Source of the DNA: Haliotis cracherodii
Lineage: Eukaryota
Direction: 5' to 3'
Length of the DNA: 64,000 nt
NCBI RefSeq assembly: GCF_022045235.1
Contig: NW_027266269.1
Location: 38,998,001 to 39,062,000 of the forward strand
Shown here: positions 39,901-47,292 of the stretch, in pieces
Numbering within the stretch: the first letter of the stretch is position 1
Layout: every line of letters begins with the position of its first letter
Made by a program: the position numbers and the translations under genes
Notes under the pieces: generated by a model
What the model was told of the DNA's origin: nothing
Database searches by the model: none
Seen by the model: only the letters and a program-made list of their open reading frames with translations

Positions 39901-42900
39901 TATCACTAGGCTACTCGACCACCCCAACTTTTCAAGGGAAATCATCTGATCTAACGATTTTCAAGAAAATAAGTAAATGCAAATATCGTTGGTCGAAACA
40001 GACGTCATGCGGAATTTGTGATTGATGATGAAATGATGATATTGGCCAAATCTATCACTGCGCTACCGTGCAACTGTAAATGATGCAACAAAGACAAAAA
40101 CCTTTCCATAATCATAAGAGTCATTAGAGTCCATTGTCTGACTCCCTACAGCCTAAGGATGTGATGAAAGTGATGATACAAGATGTTCGAGGGAGGATGC
40201 ACCCCATCCACGCCCCCTCACCTATGACAAGCATGTCTACTGAAATTAACTTGATTAATCTTACATTAGAAACTATGAATGAATAACGGGATACATTAGG
40301 AGGAGACCCAGCATCACCATTCACGAACTAACCAAAGCGCCAATCTTCAGCACACATGTCGTAAGAAGCTACTAACGGGATGTCATCGTATCTCAATTGA
40401 TTACATCGATGCTCATAATGCCAATCGCTGGATTGTTTGGACCAGACCCGATTATTTACAGACCGCCGTCATGGTCGATTGCTGAGTGCAGTGTTAAACA
40501 CAAACAAACAAACCTTGTGGAAAATCATTTAAAGAAGTTCTGTTTCTTTCTTTTTCAGTGAATATAATATACATTAAGTAAGGATGTTTCGTAATCTTTT
40601 ACGTTAAACACAAACAGACAAACGGAAAAACAAACAAACAAACAAACAAACAAACAAACCAACCAATGCAAGCAGCAAAGTCACAGTTTCTCGGTTCGAC
40701 CCCAACTAAAAGACCAGCGCAGCCTTGTCCACCATTGCTGGGAGGAGGGTTGGTGCAGCTCCTGGTCCGTGTTCGTGTCAAGTCAGTTCTTGTTCCACAA
40801 CTGATGCCGCAAGGTGGATTAGTCCACTGTGTCCAGAACGTCAGGCCACCGTCAACTAGACAATGACAAACATGTTGCTTGCTTACAATGGTTCTGTGTA
40901 TAACTTTGGGTCAGGCCACTGTCCAGCAGACAATGACAAACATGCTGCTTGCTTAGAAACGTTCTGTGTATAATTGTGGGTCAGGCCACCGTCCACTAGA
41001 CAATGACAAACATGCTGCTTGCTTAGAAACGTTCTGTGTATAATTGTGGGTCAGGCCACCGTCCACTAGACAATGACAAACATGTTGCTTGCTTAGAAAC
41101 GTTCTGTGTATAATTGTGGGTCAGGCCACCATCCACTAGACAATGACAAACATGTTGCTTGCTTAGAAACGTTCTGTGTATAATTGTGGGTCAGGCCACC
41201 ATCCACTATGCAAATAAGAAAAATGTTAATTATTATTTAAATCATGTGGATTACAGTACATTATCTGTTCCCCACTACCTGCTGACCAGCATCATGTTGC
41301 AGTGACATTGTCAAATTAGGATTATAATCCGAGATAGGAAACTTATAGGTCCATCTGTGTAGTGAGTGAGTGAGTATGGTTTTACGCCGCTTTTAGCAAT
41401 ATTCCAGCAATATCACGGCGGGGGACACCAGAAATGGGCTCCAGACATTGTACCCACGTCGGGAATCGAACCCGGGTCTTTGGCGTGACGAGCTAACGCT
41501 TTAACCACTAGGCTACCCGACGGCCCCCCATCTGTGTAATATGTATGCTTTGGTGTATGCTCTGCCGAATCTGTAAGTATATCGTAATGATTTAATATAT
41601 GCTATGCTCCTTATGTATAAAAGTAAAAGCAATTCGAGAGTACAGTCCAATATACTTAAATCGAATACAACACACAACACTGAATACGTTCCCCAACATG
41701 TTTCATTGTTATCAGTGAGTGAGTGAGTTGGGTTTAACATCCAGCGTGCAATTGATAGAAATAATGTTTTTCCACTATTTTCTGTAACAAGAAGTGTCAA
41801 GTGGTTTGTACCTAAGAAATACACAAACTCACCCGGGCACGCTGGGAAGACACACGTCTTGACAAATGTTTCAACACTATCCCCGGAGCACTGCAGGCCG
41901 CCATTAGTGGGGATGGGGTCGGTGCAGCTTCTTGTCCTTGACCTAAACACACTGCTGGAGGAGCCACAGGTGATGCCACAGGAAGGGTTAGTCCACTGCG
42001 TCCACTGAGTGAATCCTCCATTGACAGGGACTGGAAATATATTTATTGACGTATGAAAGGGCTTTGTTATTGCATGGACGATTAAGATAAAGAAAGCTAC
42101 ATCCAAATATAGCACTCAATAGAGGTTAAGGAACACCCGATATTTCATATGACTATACTTAATGTTTCATGGCCATAGTCATATGAACATATCTGTGTTC
42201 TTGAACTTTTGAATACAGTAAACTACGGTTATAACAAACATGCTCATAACAAACTAACGGATATATCGAACTTATTTTTTTGTCCCGACTATTTGCTGTA
42301 GTTATGCTGTATATATGCTTATAACGAACTACAGTTATAACGTACTAAAACTAGTAGTCCCAAAAAGTTCCCCCCGCAGTAAACTGATAAGTCCTGATAT
42401 AACAAAATACTGTTCAGATGGACGGAACACACAGCAAACGCACTACTACAGCGGCATTTAGTCCAACACTCTCGCTCAACGTACCGACACACGAAGCTTT
42501 AACTTCAACGAAGGGTTCGGTGCAGTTCAGTCCGCCATTACGGGGGGCAGGGTTGGTGCAGCTTCTGGTTCTGGTTCTAACCACATCGTTCTTAGCTCCA
42601 CAGGTCAAGTTACAAGGTGGTCCACTCCACTGGGACCATGGCGTCAAACCACCATTCACTGTCGACAATATACACAAATATCAACTCACCTTAACTGTCG
42701 ACATTGCACACAAATATCAAGCCGACGCCCACTGTCGACAGTATACACAATTACTAAGATCTCGTTTATGTATTTTATATGCCAATTCGTGTGAGAGCAA
42801 AATACACAAGCATTGACATAGACACTACAAACACATATCCGATACCTATTTAAATGATACTATTTATTTATGTAGTATATAATTTAGTACCAAATTGTAT

Positions 42901-45900
42901 AGAATCGAATAAAACTAAATACTGATTGGCAAGTTCAAATGTCTCGGTCACTTGGTTGATTATGTGTCATAAACACCAGATGGCTTTGGGTGTGGTTCAT
43001 GGTATCGATCACTGGTTTATCGACTCAACTTTTCACAGACCTGTCATACAGCAGGAATATTGCTGCAGCGTATTAGTTAGGCTATAAACAATAATCAAAC
43101 AAAGAAAAACTGTGTAAGCAGCCAGTGCATAACGGTGCATCGTACCAACACATGCGGGGAAGAAACAGGTTTTCTGCAAAATCTCCACCAAAGACCCCGT
43201 GCAGTCACGTCCTCCATTGCTGGGGAGTGGATTGGAACAGCTCCTGGTACGTGTCCGCATGACATCTGATCGTTGTCCACACGTGATGCCACATGATGGA
43301 TCGGTCCACTGAGTCCAAGCTGTTAGTCCACCATTCACTGATGAAAGACCACATTTACATCATGAAACCAGCAAACTGATTAACTTTATTGTTGAAGAAA
43401 CACACATGTCCTGCAATTTATGTTCAGGATGTAAACGAGACAAGTAGATTTTCCACATATAAAAGATACATTCCATAGTGTTTAGTTCCCTTCACATTCT
43501 ACATCAACAACAGGAGCGGTGGGATAATGTAGTTCTTAACGCTCGACTCGCCACAGGAGAGGTGGAAATCCTTGTAAGGCGGAGCTCACCACAGGAGAGG
43601 TGGGATAACTTGGTAAGGCGAGGCACGCCAAAGGAGAGGTGGGAAAAACTTGTAAGGCGGGGCTCGCCACAGGGGAGGTGGGAAAACCTTGTTAGGCGAG
43701 GCTAGCCACAGGGGAGGTGGGATAACCTGGTAAGGCGAGACTCACCACAGGAGAGATGGTATAACCTAGTAAGGCGAGACTCACCACAGGAGAGGTGGGA
43801 TAACCTTGTTAAGTGAGGCTTGCCACTTGAGAGATGGGGTAACATGGTAAAGCGAGACTCACCACAAGAGAGGTGGGATAATCTAGTAAGGCGGGGAATA
43901 AGTAATGTAACACTCATTGATAGGAAACCATTGATTAAGATAACTTTGGAAAATGAATGACGCCAATGAGATAAAAATAAATACATACTCAAGAAAATGT
44001 GAGTTGACGAAAATAATAATATTTGATTAATGAAAGGATAAAGAGAAGAGAATGAAATAATATCGACCTTGACCCTAACAGGTTACACTAAAACACTCAC
44101 CTCGACAAGCAGGGAAGCTACACGTCTTGACAGACGTCTGCACTACATCCCCAAAACATGGCAGTCCGCCATTACTGGGAACAGGGTTTGTGCAGCTTCT
44201 GGTTCGTGACCTGATGACACCGTCGGTGGAGCCACAGGTGATGCCACAGGAAGGGTCAGTCCATTCAGACCACAGGGAAAGCCCGCCGTTTACAGGTCCT
44301 GTAATGCGTTTTGAAGAACTGTAAACCATGTCAGGTATTTGTATACCATGTCAGGTCTTTGTATACCATGTCAGGTCTTTGTATACCATGTCAGGTCTTT
44401 GTATACCATGTCAGGTCTTTGTATACCATGTCAGGTCTTTGTATACCATGTCACTAAATCAGTAGATATTAATCACGGTCTTTATTGCAACATATCGATG
44501 TTTGTGTTAACACTTCAACAGATACTACCGTCATTGTACAAAACATCACCACGAGTCTTGGTAACCATTGTACAAACAAGCTTAAAGGGGAACTAGGTTA
44601 GCATGCTTAAATGGGGACTAGGTACGTTGGTAAACACCTTATAAACATTCTTACAGGGGAACTTGGCACTTTATTACCCATATTATTGACATGCTTAAAT
44701 GGGATTTTGGTACTTTCGTAGCCATGTTGTAAAGACGATGAAAGGGGAACCAGTTTAACATGCTTAAAGGGGGACCTGAGCAATTTGGCAGCCCAACAAG
44801 ATTCATATCGTTGTAAAACCACACTTTGTTAGTCTGCTAACGGACTTTATATTATTTGTGCAATTAAAGATTACCTTAATTACACAAATACAATGGCCAA
44901 GTTTCACACCAATTACAACGTCTCCCCTAGTCTCCACTAGTCTCGCCCTTGACTCCCCCGGTCTCCCCTATTCTCCACTGGACTCCCCTAGTCTCCCCTG
45001 GACGCCCCTAGCCTCCCATAGTCTCCCCTAGTCTCACCCTTGACTCCCCTGGTCTCCCATGGTATCCCCTGTTCACCCCTTGACTCCCCTGGCCTCCCCT
45101 GGCCTCCCCCTTCACTCCCATGGTCTCCCTCTGGAATCCCCTAGTCTCCCCTGCCTCCCCTTGACTCCCCCTGGAATCCCCTACTCTTCCCTGACTCCCC
45201 TGGTCTCCACTAGTCTTCCATGGTCTCCCCTGGTCTCCACTAGTCTCCCCTGGCCTCCCCTAGTCTCCCCCTTGACTCCCATGGTCTCCCTCTGGAATCC
45301 CCTAGTCTCCCCCTTGACTCCCATGGTCTCCCCCTGGAATCCCCTAGTCTCCCCCTTGACTCCCATGGTCTCCCCTGGAATCCCCTACTCTTCCCAGACT
45401 CCCCTGGTCTCCCCTAGTCTTCCCTGGTCTCCCCTAGTCTCCCCTGGTCTCCCCTGGTCTCCCCTAGTCTTCCCTGGTCTCCCCTAGTCTCCGCTGGTCT
45501 CCCCTAGTCTTCCCTGACTCCCCTGGTCTCCCCTACTCTCCCCTAGTCTCCACTACTCTTCCCTGACTCCCCTGGTCTTCCCTGGCCTCCCCTACACTTC
45601 CCTGACCTCCCCTAGTCTTCTCTGACTCCCCTGGTCTCCCCTAGTCTTCCCTGACTCCCCTGGAATCCCCTAGTCTCCCCTGGCCTCCCCTACTCTTCCC
45701 TGACTCCCCTGGTCTTCCCTGACTCCCCTGGAATCCCCTAGTCTCCCCTGGTCTCCCCTAGTCTTCCCTGACCCCCCTGGTCTCCCCTAGTCTTCCCTGA
45801 CTCCCCTAGTCTCCCCTGGCCTCCCCTAGTCTCCCCCTTGACTCCCTCTGGAATCCCCTAGTCTCCCCTTGACTCCCATGGTCTCCCTCTGGAATCCCCT

Positions 45901-46155
45901 AGTCTCCCCTGGTCTCCTCTAGTCTCCCCTGGACTCCCCTAGTCTCCCCTGGCCTCCCCTGGTCTCTCTGGTCGTACCTACCCACGCAAGCAGACATAAC
46001 TTCCACAAACGACCCAGTACAGTTGAGTCCTTCATTGCTGGGAGGTGGGTTGGAGCAGCTTCTTGTTCGCGTCCGCATCACATCCGTTCTTGTTTCGCAA
46101 GCAACGCCACAAGGTAGACCAGTCCAGTCGGTCCACTGCGAGAATCCACCATTGA
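2310..46155 (-). CDS. Spliced gene span: Pif/BMSP-like chitin-binding extracellular protein with 33 tandem TSR (TSP1) domains followed by two chitin-binding-type domains; continues beyond left edge; 5' end unresolved
   Basis: 35 open, GT-AG flanked, phase 1-1 exons read by hand on the minus strand; they join in one frame with no stops. Confidence 0.9.
2654..2872 (+). mobile_element. SINE family A copy (cccgtgaagatccggg...gctggaatattgctg...aaacaa tail)
   Basis: Matches about ten other copies in the window. Confidence 0.8.
3310..3504 (-). CDS. Exon: chitin-binding type-2 (peritrophin-A/CBM14) domain, [64 protein letters not shown]
   Basis: Six-Cys spacing with HPxDCxKYxxC and CPxGxxW motifs; caacag|GT acceptor, G|gtaag donor; 195 nt. 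Confidence 0.93.
3526..3750. repeat. 51-bp tandem repeat, ~4.4 copies
   Basis: taacatacatgcatgcaatgatagatacttatccacttatcaagtgcgtct repeated. Confidence 0.9.
3795..3986 (-). CDS. TSR exon 33 ([21 protein letters not shown]...CSFPECG); alternative in-frame acceptor at 3992
   Basis: WxxW, CxxTCG, RxRxC, 6 Cys; GT-AG, phase 1-1. Confidence 0.9.
4118..4387 (-). mobile_element. SINE family A copy
   Basis: Similarity to other copies. Confidence 0.8.
5364..5540 (-). CDS. TSR exon 32 (shortened loop, CSSAC)
   Basis: 177 nt, cag|TG acceptor, G|gtacg donor. Confidence 0.9.
6003..6150 (-). mobile_element. SINE family B (tRNA-derived head, TCAC-type tail), degenerate
   Basis: Similar to 41362-41528. 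Confidence 0.7.
6220..6411 (-). CDS. TSR exon 31
   Basis: 192 nt, GT-AG, TSR motifs. Confidence 0.92.
6481..6654. mobile_element. Tc1/mariner-type (pogo-like) MITE with TA TSD; second copy near 42216-42365
   Basis: ta|cagcaaactacggttataacgaac ... gttcgtaataaacgtagtttagtg|ta inverted ends. Confidence 0.7.
6963..7154 (-). CDS. TSR exon 30
   Basis: 192 nt, ctag|TG, G|gtaag. Confidence 0.92.
7155..7416. repeat. 70-bp tandem repeat that copies the exon-30 splice acceptor plus its first codons
   Basis: Units at 7154, 7224, 7294, 7364. Confidence 0.9.
7855..12305 (-). mobile_element. BEL/Pao LTR retrotransposon, degenerate; 3' LTR 7855-8289, truncated 5' LTR 11931-12305
   Basis: ~370-bp direct repeats; CCACA TSD at 7850-7854 and 12306-12310; PPT AGGAGGGGG; RT YMDD, Pao RNase H (SIPRLEL, FWSDS), integrase ([22 protein letters not shown]), C-terminal WPLGRI motif. 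Confidence 0.93.
8607..11929 (-). pseudogene. Frameshifted BEL/Pao pol (RT-RH-IN) with a short gag N-terminal remnant
   Basis: Motif-bearing ORF fragments in several frames. Confidence 0.9.
12571..12768 (-). CDS. TSR exon 29
   Basis: 198 nt, tttacag|CT, G|gtgag. Confidence 0.92.
13092..13286 (-). CDS. TSR exon 28
   Basis: 195 nt, GT-AG. Confidence 0.9.
14255..14512 (+). mobile_element. SINE family A copy
   Basis: Similarity to other copies. Confidence 0.8.
14876..15067 (-). CDS. TSR exon 27
   Basis: 192 nt, tttccag|TT, G|gtaag. Confidence 0.92.
15221..15282. repeat. Interstitial telomere-like (CCCTAA/CCCTA)n tract
   Basis: Seen directly. Confidence 0.85.
15308..15499 (-). CDS. TSR exon 26
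   Basis: 192 nt, GT-AG. Confidence 0.92.
15984..16175 (-). CDS. TSR exon 25 (alternative in-frame acceptor at 16181)
   Basis: 192/198 nt, GT-AG. Confidence 0.9.
16305..16460. repeat. ~51-bp tandem repeat x3
   Basis: aaaacagagcaaccattaacgtctatgtggaaatatactgacacacaat repeated. Confidence 0.9.
17088..17279 (-). CDS. TSR exon 24
   Basis: 192 nt, GT-AG. Confidence 0.92.
17535..17690 (-). mobile_element. Penelope-like element terminal fragment with hammerhead-like motif (17568-17607)
   Basis: CAC-CTGATGA-A-GGAGTA...TACTCC-aAAAC-GTT-GTG; homologous to 31710-31845. Confidence 0.65.
18246..18443 (-). CDS. TSR exon 23 (PRFGG class)
   Basis: 198 nt, hand-translated open; not in minus-strand ORF track. 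Confidence 0.92.
18510..18702 (+). mobile_element. SINE family A copy, 5' truncated
   Basis: Similarity to other copies. Confidence 0.75.
18753..18944 (-). CDS. TSR exon 22
   Basis: 192 nt, A|gtaag donor. Confidence 0.92.
19088..24277 (-). mobile_element. DIRS-type tyrosine-recombinase retrotransposon, near full length, degenerate ORFs
   Basis: ~150-bp ITRs (19095-19249 / 24123-24276); RT AYLHVPI and YLDD; RNase H SDNSTT..YINKQG.TRS; methyltransferase-like YAFPP; [20 protein letters not shown]; ICR-like segment 19335-19365. Confidence 0.92.
24577..24768 (-). CDS. TSR exon 21
   Basis: 192 nt, GT-AG. Confidence 0.92.
24999..25202 (-). CDS. TSR exon 20 (PRFGG class) using a newly formed acceptor
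   Basis: ttttgtag|GT GGG CAA AGC ATA AAT GGA in frame; 204 nt. Confidence 0.8.
25472..25663 (-). CDS. TSR exon 19 (chimeric)
   Basis: 192 nt, GT-AG. Confidence 0.92.
25956..26153 (-). CDS. TSR exon 18 (PRFGG class)
   Basis: 198 nt, ttttcag|TT. Confidence 0.92.
26455..26646 (-). CDS. TSR exon 17
   Basis: 192 nt, GT-AG. Confidence 0.92.
27151..27342 (-). CDS. TSR exon 16
   Basis: 192 nt, GT-AG. Confidence 0.92.
27599..27796 (-). CDS. TSR exon 15 (PRFGG class)
   Basis: 198 nt, hand-translated open; not in ORF track. Confidence 0.92.
28056..28305 (-). mobile_element. SINE family A copy split by the Harbinger insertion (resumes at ~31682)
   Basis: Consensus ttctaccc..gatcttcac is interrupted at 28305/31682. 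Confidence 0.8.
28503..31182. mobile_element. Truncated copy of the non-autonomous piggyBac-like element seen at 50658-55271
   Basis: Collinear similarity over ~2.7 kb. Confidence 0.85.
31200..31485 (-). pseudogene. HARBI1-like transposase N-terminal fragment with internal stop
   Basis: [24 protein letters not shown]...[24 protein letters not shown]. Confidence 0.75.
31776..31815 (+). ncRNA. Penelope-associated minimal type-I hammerhead ribozyme-like motif
   Basis: CAC CTGATGA A GGA-loop-TCC GAAAC GTT GTG: core intact, stem I CAC/GTG, palindromic stem III. Confidence 0.6.
32282..32473 (-). CDS. TSR exon 14
   Basis: 192 nt, GT-AG. Confidence 0.92.
32804..33455. mobile_element. Kolobok-like MITE
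   Basis: ctaa|agggcaagttcacacg ... cgtgtacacttcccct|ttaa. Confidence 0.65.
33615..33806 (-). CDS. TSR exon 13
   Basis: 192 nt, GT-AG. Confidence 0.92.
35061..35252 (-). CDS. TSR exon 12
   Basis: 192 nt, GT-AG. Confidence 0.92.
35583..35774 (-). CDS. TSR exon 11
   Basis: 192 nt, GT-AG. Confidence 0.92.
36055..36246 (-). CDS. TSR exon 10
   Basis: 192 nt, hand-translated open; not in minus-strand ORF track. Confidence 0.92.
36276..37764 (-). mobile_element. Tc1 DNA transposon
   Basis: Perfect TIR tactactcaaaatttgataaggatc; TA TSD on both sides. Confidence 0.95.
36539..37502 (-). pseudogene. Tc1 transposase with an internal deletion/frameshift removing the second catalytic Asp segment
   Basis: [18 protein letters not shown], then frame change to [13 protein letters not shown]. 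Confidence 0.9.
38231..38422 (-). CDS. TSR exon 9 (alternative in-frame acceptor at 38428)
   Basis: 192/198 nt, GT-AG. Confidence 0.9.
38873..39070 (-). CDS. TSR exon 8
   Basis: 198 nt, GT-AG. Confidence 0.92.
39369..39557 (-). CDS. TSR exon 7
   Basis: 189 nt, GT-AG. Confidence 0.92.
39764..39926 (-). mobile_element. SINE family B copy
   Basis: Similar to 41362-41528; absent from the paralogous intron at ~33990. Confidence 0.8.
40664..40855 (-). CDS. TSR exon 6
   Basis: 192 nt, ctag|TT, G|gttgg. Confidence 0.9.
40856..41208. repeat. 70-bp acceptor-containing tandem repeat (same family as 7155-7416), ~5 copies
   Basis: Units at 40855, ~40925, 40995, 41065, 41135, 41205. Confidence 0.9.
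41362..41528 (-). mobile_element. SINE family B, full length (tRNA-derived head with A/B boxes)
   Basis: Minus strand: tagcctagtggttaaagcgtt...gggttcgattccc; TCAC-repeat tail. Confidence 0.85.
41833..42030 (-). CDS. TSR exon 5
   Basis: 198 nt, GT-AG. Confidence 0.92.
42485..42658 (-). CDS. TSR exon 4 (short, 5 Cys)
   Basis: 174 nt, ends EVKASCV G|gtacg. Confidence 0.85.
43146..43337 (-). CDS. TSR exon 3
   Basis: 192 nt, GT-AG. Confidence 0.92.
43510..43895. repeat. ~39-bp minisatellite (ccacaggagaggtgggataacctggtaaggcgagactca) x~10
   Basis: Seen directly. Confidence 0.9.
44101..44298 (-). CDS. TSR exon 2
   Basis: 198 nt, ttacag|GA, G|gtgag. Confidence 0.92.
44321..44453. repeat. 20-bp tandem repeat (gtataccatgtcaggtcttt) x~6.5
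   Basis: Seen directly. Confidence 0.95.
44920..45972. repeat. ~10-bp C-rich minisatellite (gtctccccta/g); G-run rich on the transcribed strand
   Basis: Seen directly. Confidence 0.95.
45982..46155 (-). CDS. TSR exon 1 (short, 5 Cys)
   Basis: 174 nt, ends EVMSACV G|gtagg. Confidence 0.85.
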
Positions 46156-46255
46156 CTATAGGACGTTTGAAAAATATGCATACTGCTATATAAAATGCCA
46201 AAGAAAAATCAGTGTCGAGTAACTGCCGAGACAGACCCCACTGGGCGTAAAATGA

Positions 46256-46530
46256 TTGTTTGTTTGTTTGTTTGTTTGTTGTTTAACGTCGCACTCAGCA
46301 ATATTACAGCTATATGACGGCGGTCTGTAAATAATCGAGTCTGGATCACACAATCCAGAGATTGACATCATGAGCATCGATCCATGCAATTGGGATCGAT
46401 GACATGCATCAACCAAGTCAGCGAGCCTGATCACCCGATCCCGTTAGTCGCCTTTTACGACAAGCATGGTCACCTTTTACGGCAAGCTTGGGTTGCTGAA
46501 GACCTATTCTATCCCGGAATCTTCACGGGT
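46256..46530 (-). mobile_element. SINE family A copy abutting the truncated Ig exon
   Basis: Full-length match to other copies. Confidence 0.85.
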
Positions 46531-46618
46531 CGAGTCTGAGATAGGGTGGCCTGTAGTGTGACAGTGCCCCCAGTATTGATTGTCTGGGGGGTTAGTCCAC
46601 TCACAACACTTACGGCTC
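46531..46618 (-). pseudogene. Truncated Ig exon paralog (AVSVVSGLTPQTINTGGTVTLQATLSQT)
   Basis: Nucleotide similarity to 56005-56070; intact tttttaag acceptor; remainder missing beyond the SINE. Confidence 0.8.
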
Positions 46619-46789
46619 CTTAAAAATAATGGAATAATGATATAAACAATTAAATACTTCATCTTGAAAACGTAGCAATAAAGGTTTACCATTATATAGC
46701 TATCTAAAAACTGGCTGTAATAATATAACATAAAATACCTAATTTTACAAAATATGGCAATAAGGATACCAACATTGAATGCCTTTTGT

Positions 46790-47292
46790 TGCGTAAATGG
46801 CAATAATGATATAAACATTGAATACCTTATCTTGAAAATATAGCATTATTGATATAAACATTGAATATGTTATCTTGAAAATATGGCAATATTGATATAA
46901 ACATTGAATATCTTATCTTGAATATATGGCAATATTGATATTAACATTGAATATCATACCTTGAAAATGTGGCAATATTGATGTAATCATTGAATATCTT
47001 ATCTTACAATCGTGGCAATATTGATATAAACATTGAATACCTTATCTTGAAAATATGGCAATATTGATATAAACATTGAAGATCTTATCTTGAAGATATG
47101 GCAACAGTGATAGAAACATTGAATATCTTATCTTACAAATATGGCAGTAGTGACATACACATTGAATACCTAATGTTGAAAATATGACTTAAATGATATA
47201 ATCATTGCATACCTTATCTTGAAATTATGGCAATAGTGACATAAACATTGTATACCTTATCTTCAATAGCTTATCTTACAAATATGGCAACA
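46790..47292. repeat. ~42-bp minisatellite (aatatggcaatattgatataaacattgaatatcttatcttga)
   Basis: Seen directly. Confidence 0.9.

Noticed and set aside
40856-41208. CRISPR-like regular repeats (also 7155, 16305, 43510, 58847)
   Set aside because: Head-to-tail units with no unique spacers, no cas genes, eukaryotic context
41455-41528. tRNA-like sequence
   Set aside because: Head of a multicopy SINE with body and tail; no clean cloverleaf
5354-44324. Recurring plus-strand '[14 protein letters not shown]' ORFs
   Set aside because: Antisense shadows of the TSR exons; the splice sites and Cys/Trp pattern are on the minus strand
45059-45487. Pro-rich 142-aa ORF
   Set aside because: Translation of the 10-bp minisatellite
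3795-46155. Dscam-style mutually exclusive exon cluster
   Set aside because: Introns are long enough for sequential splicing, each exon is a whole domain, the super-repeat order suggests co-inclusion, and no docking/selector motifs were noticed; only transcripts can fully exclude it
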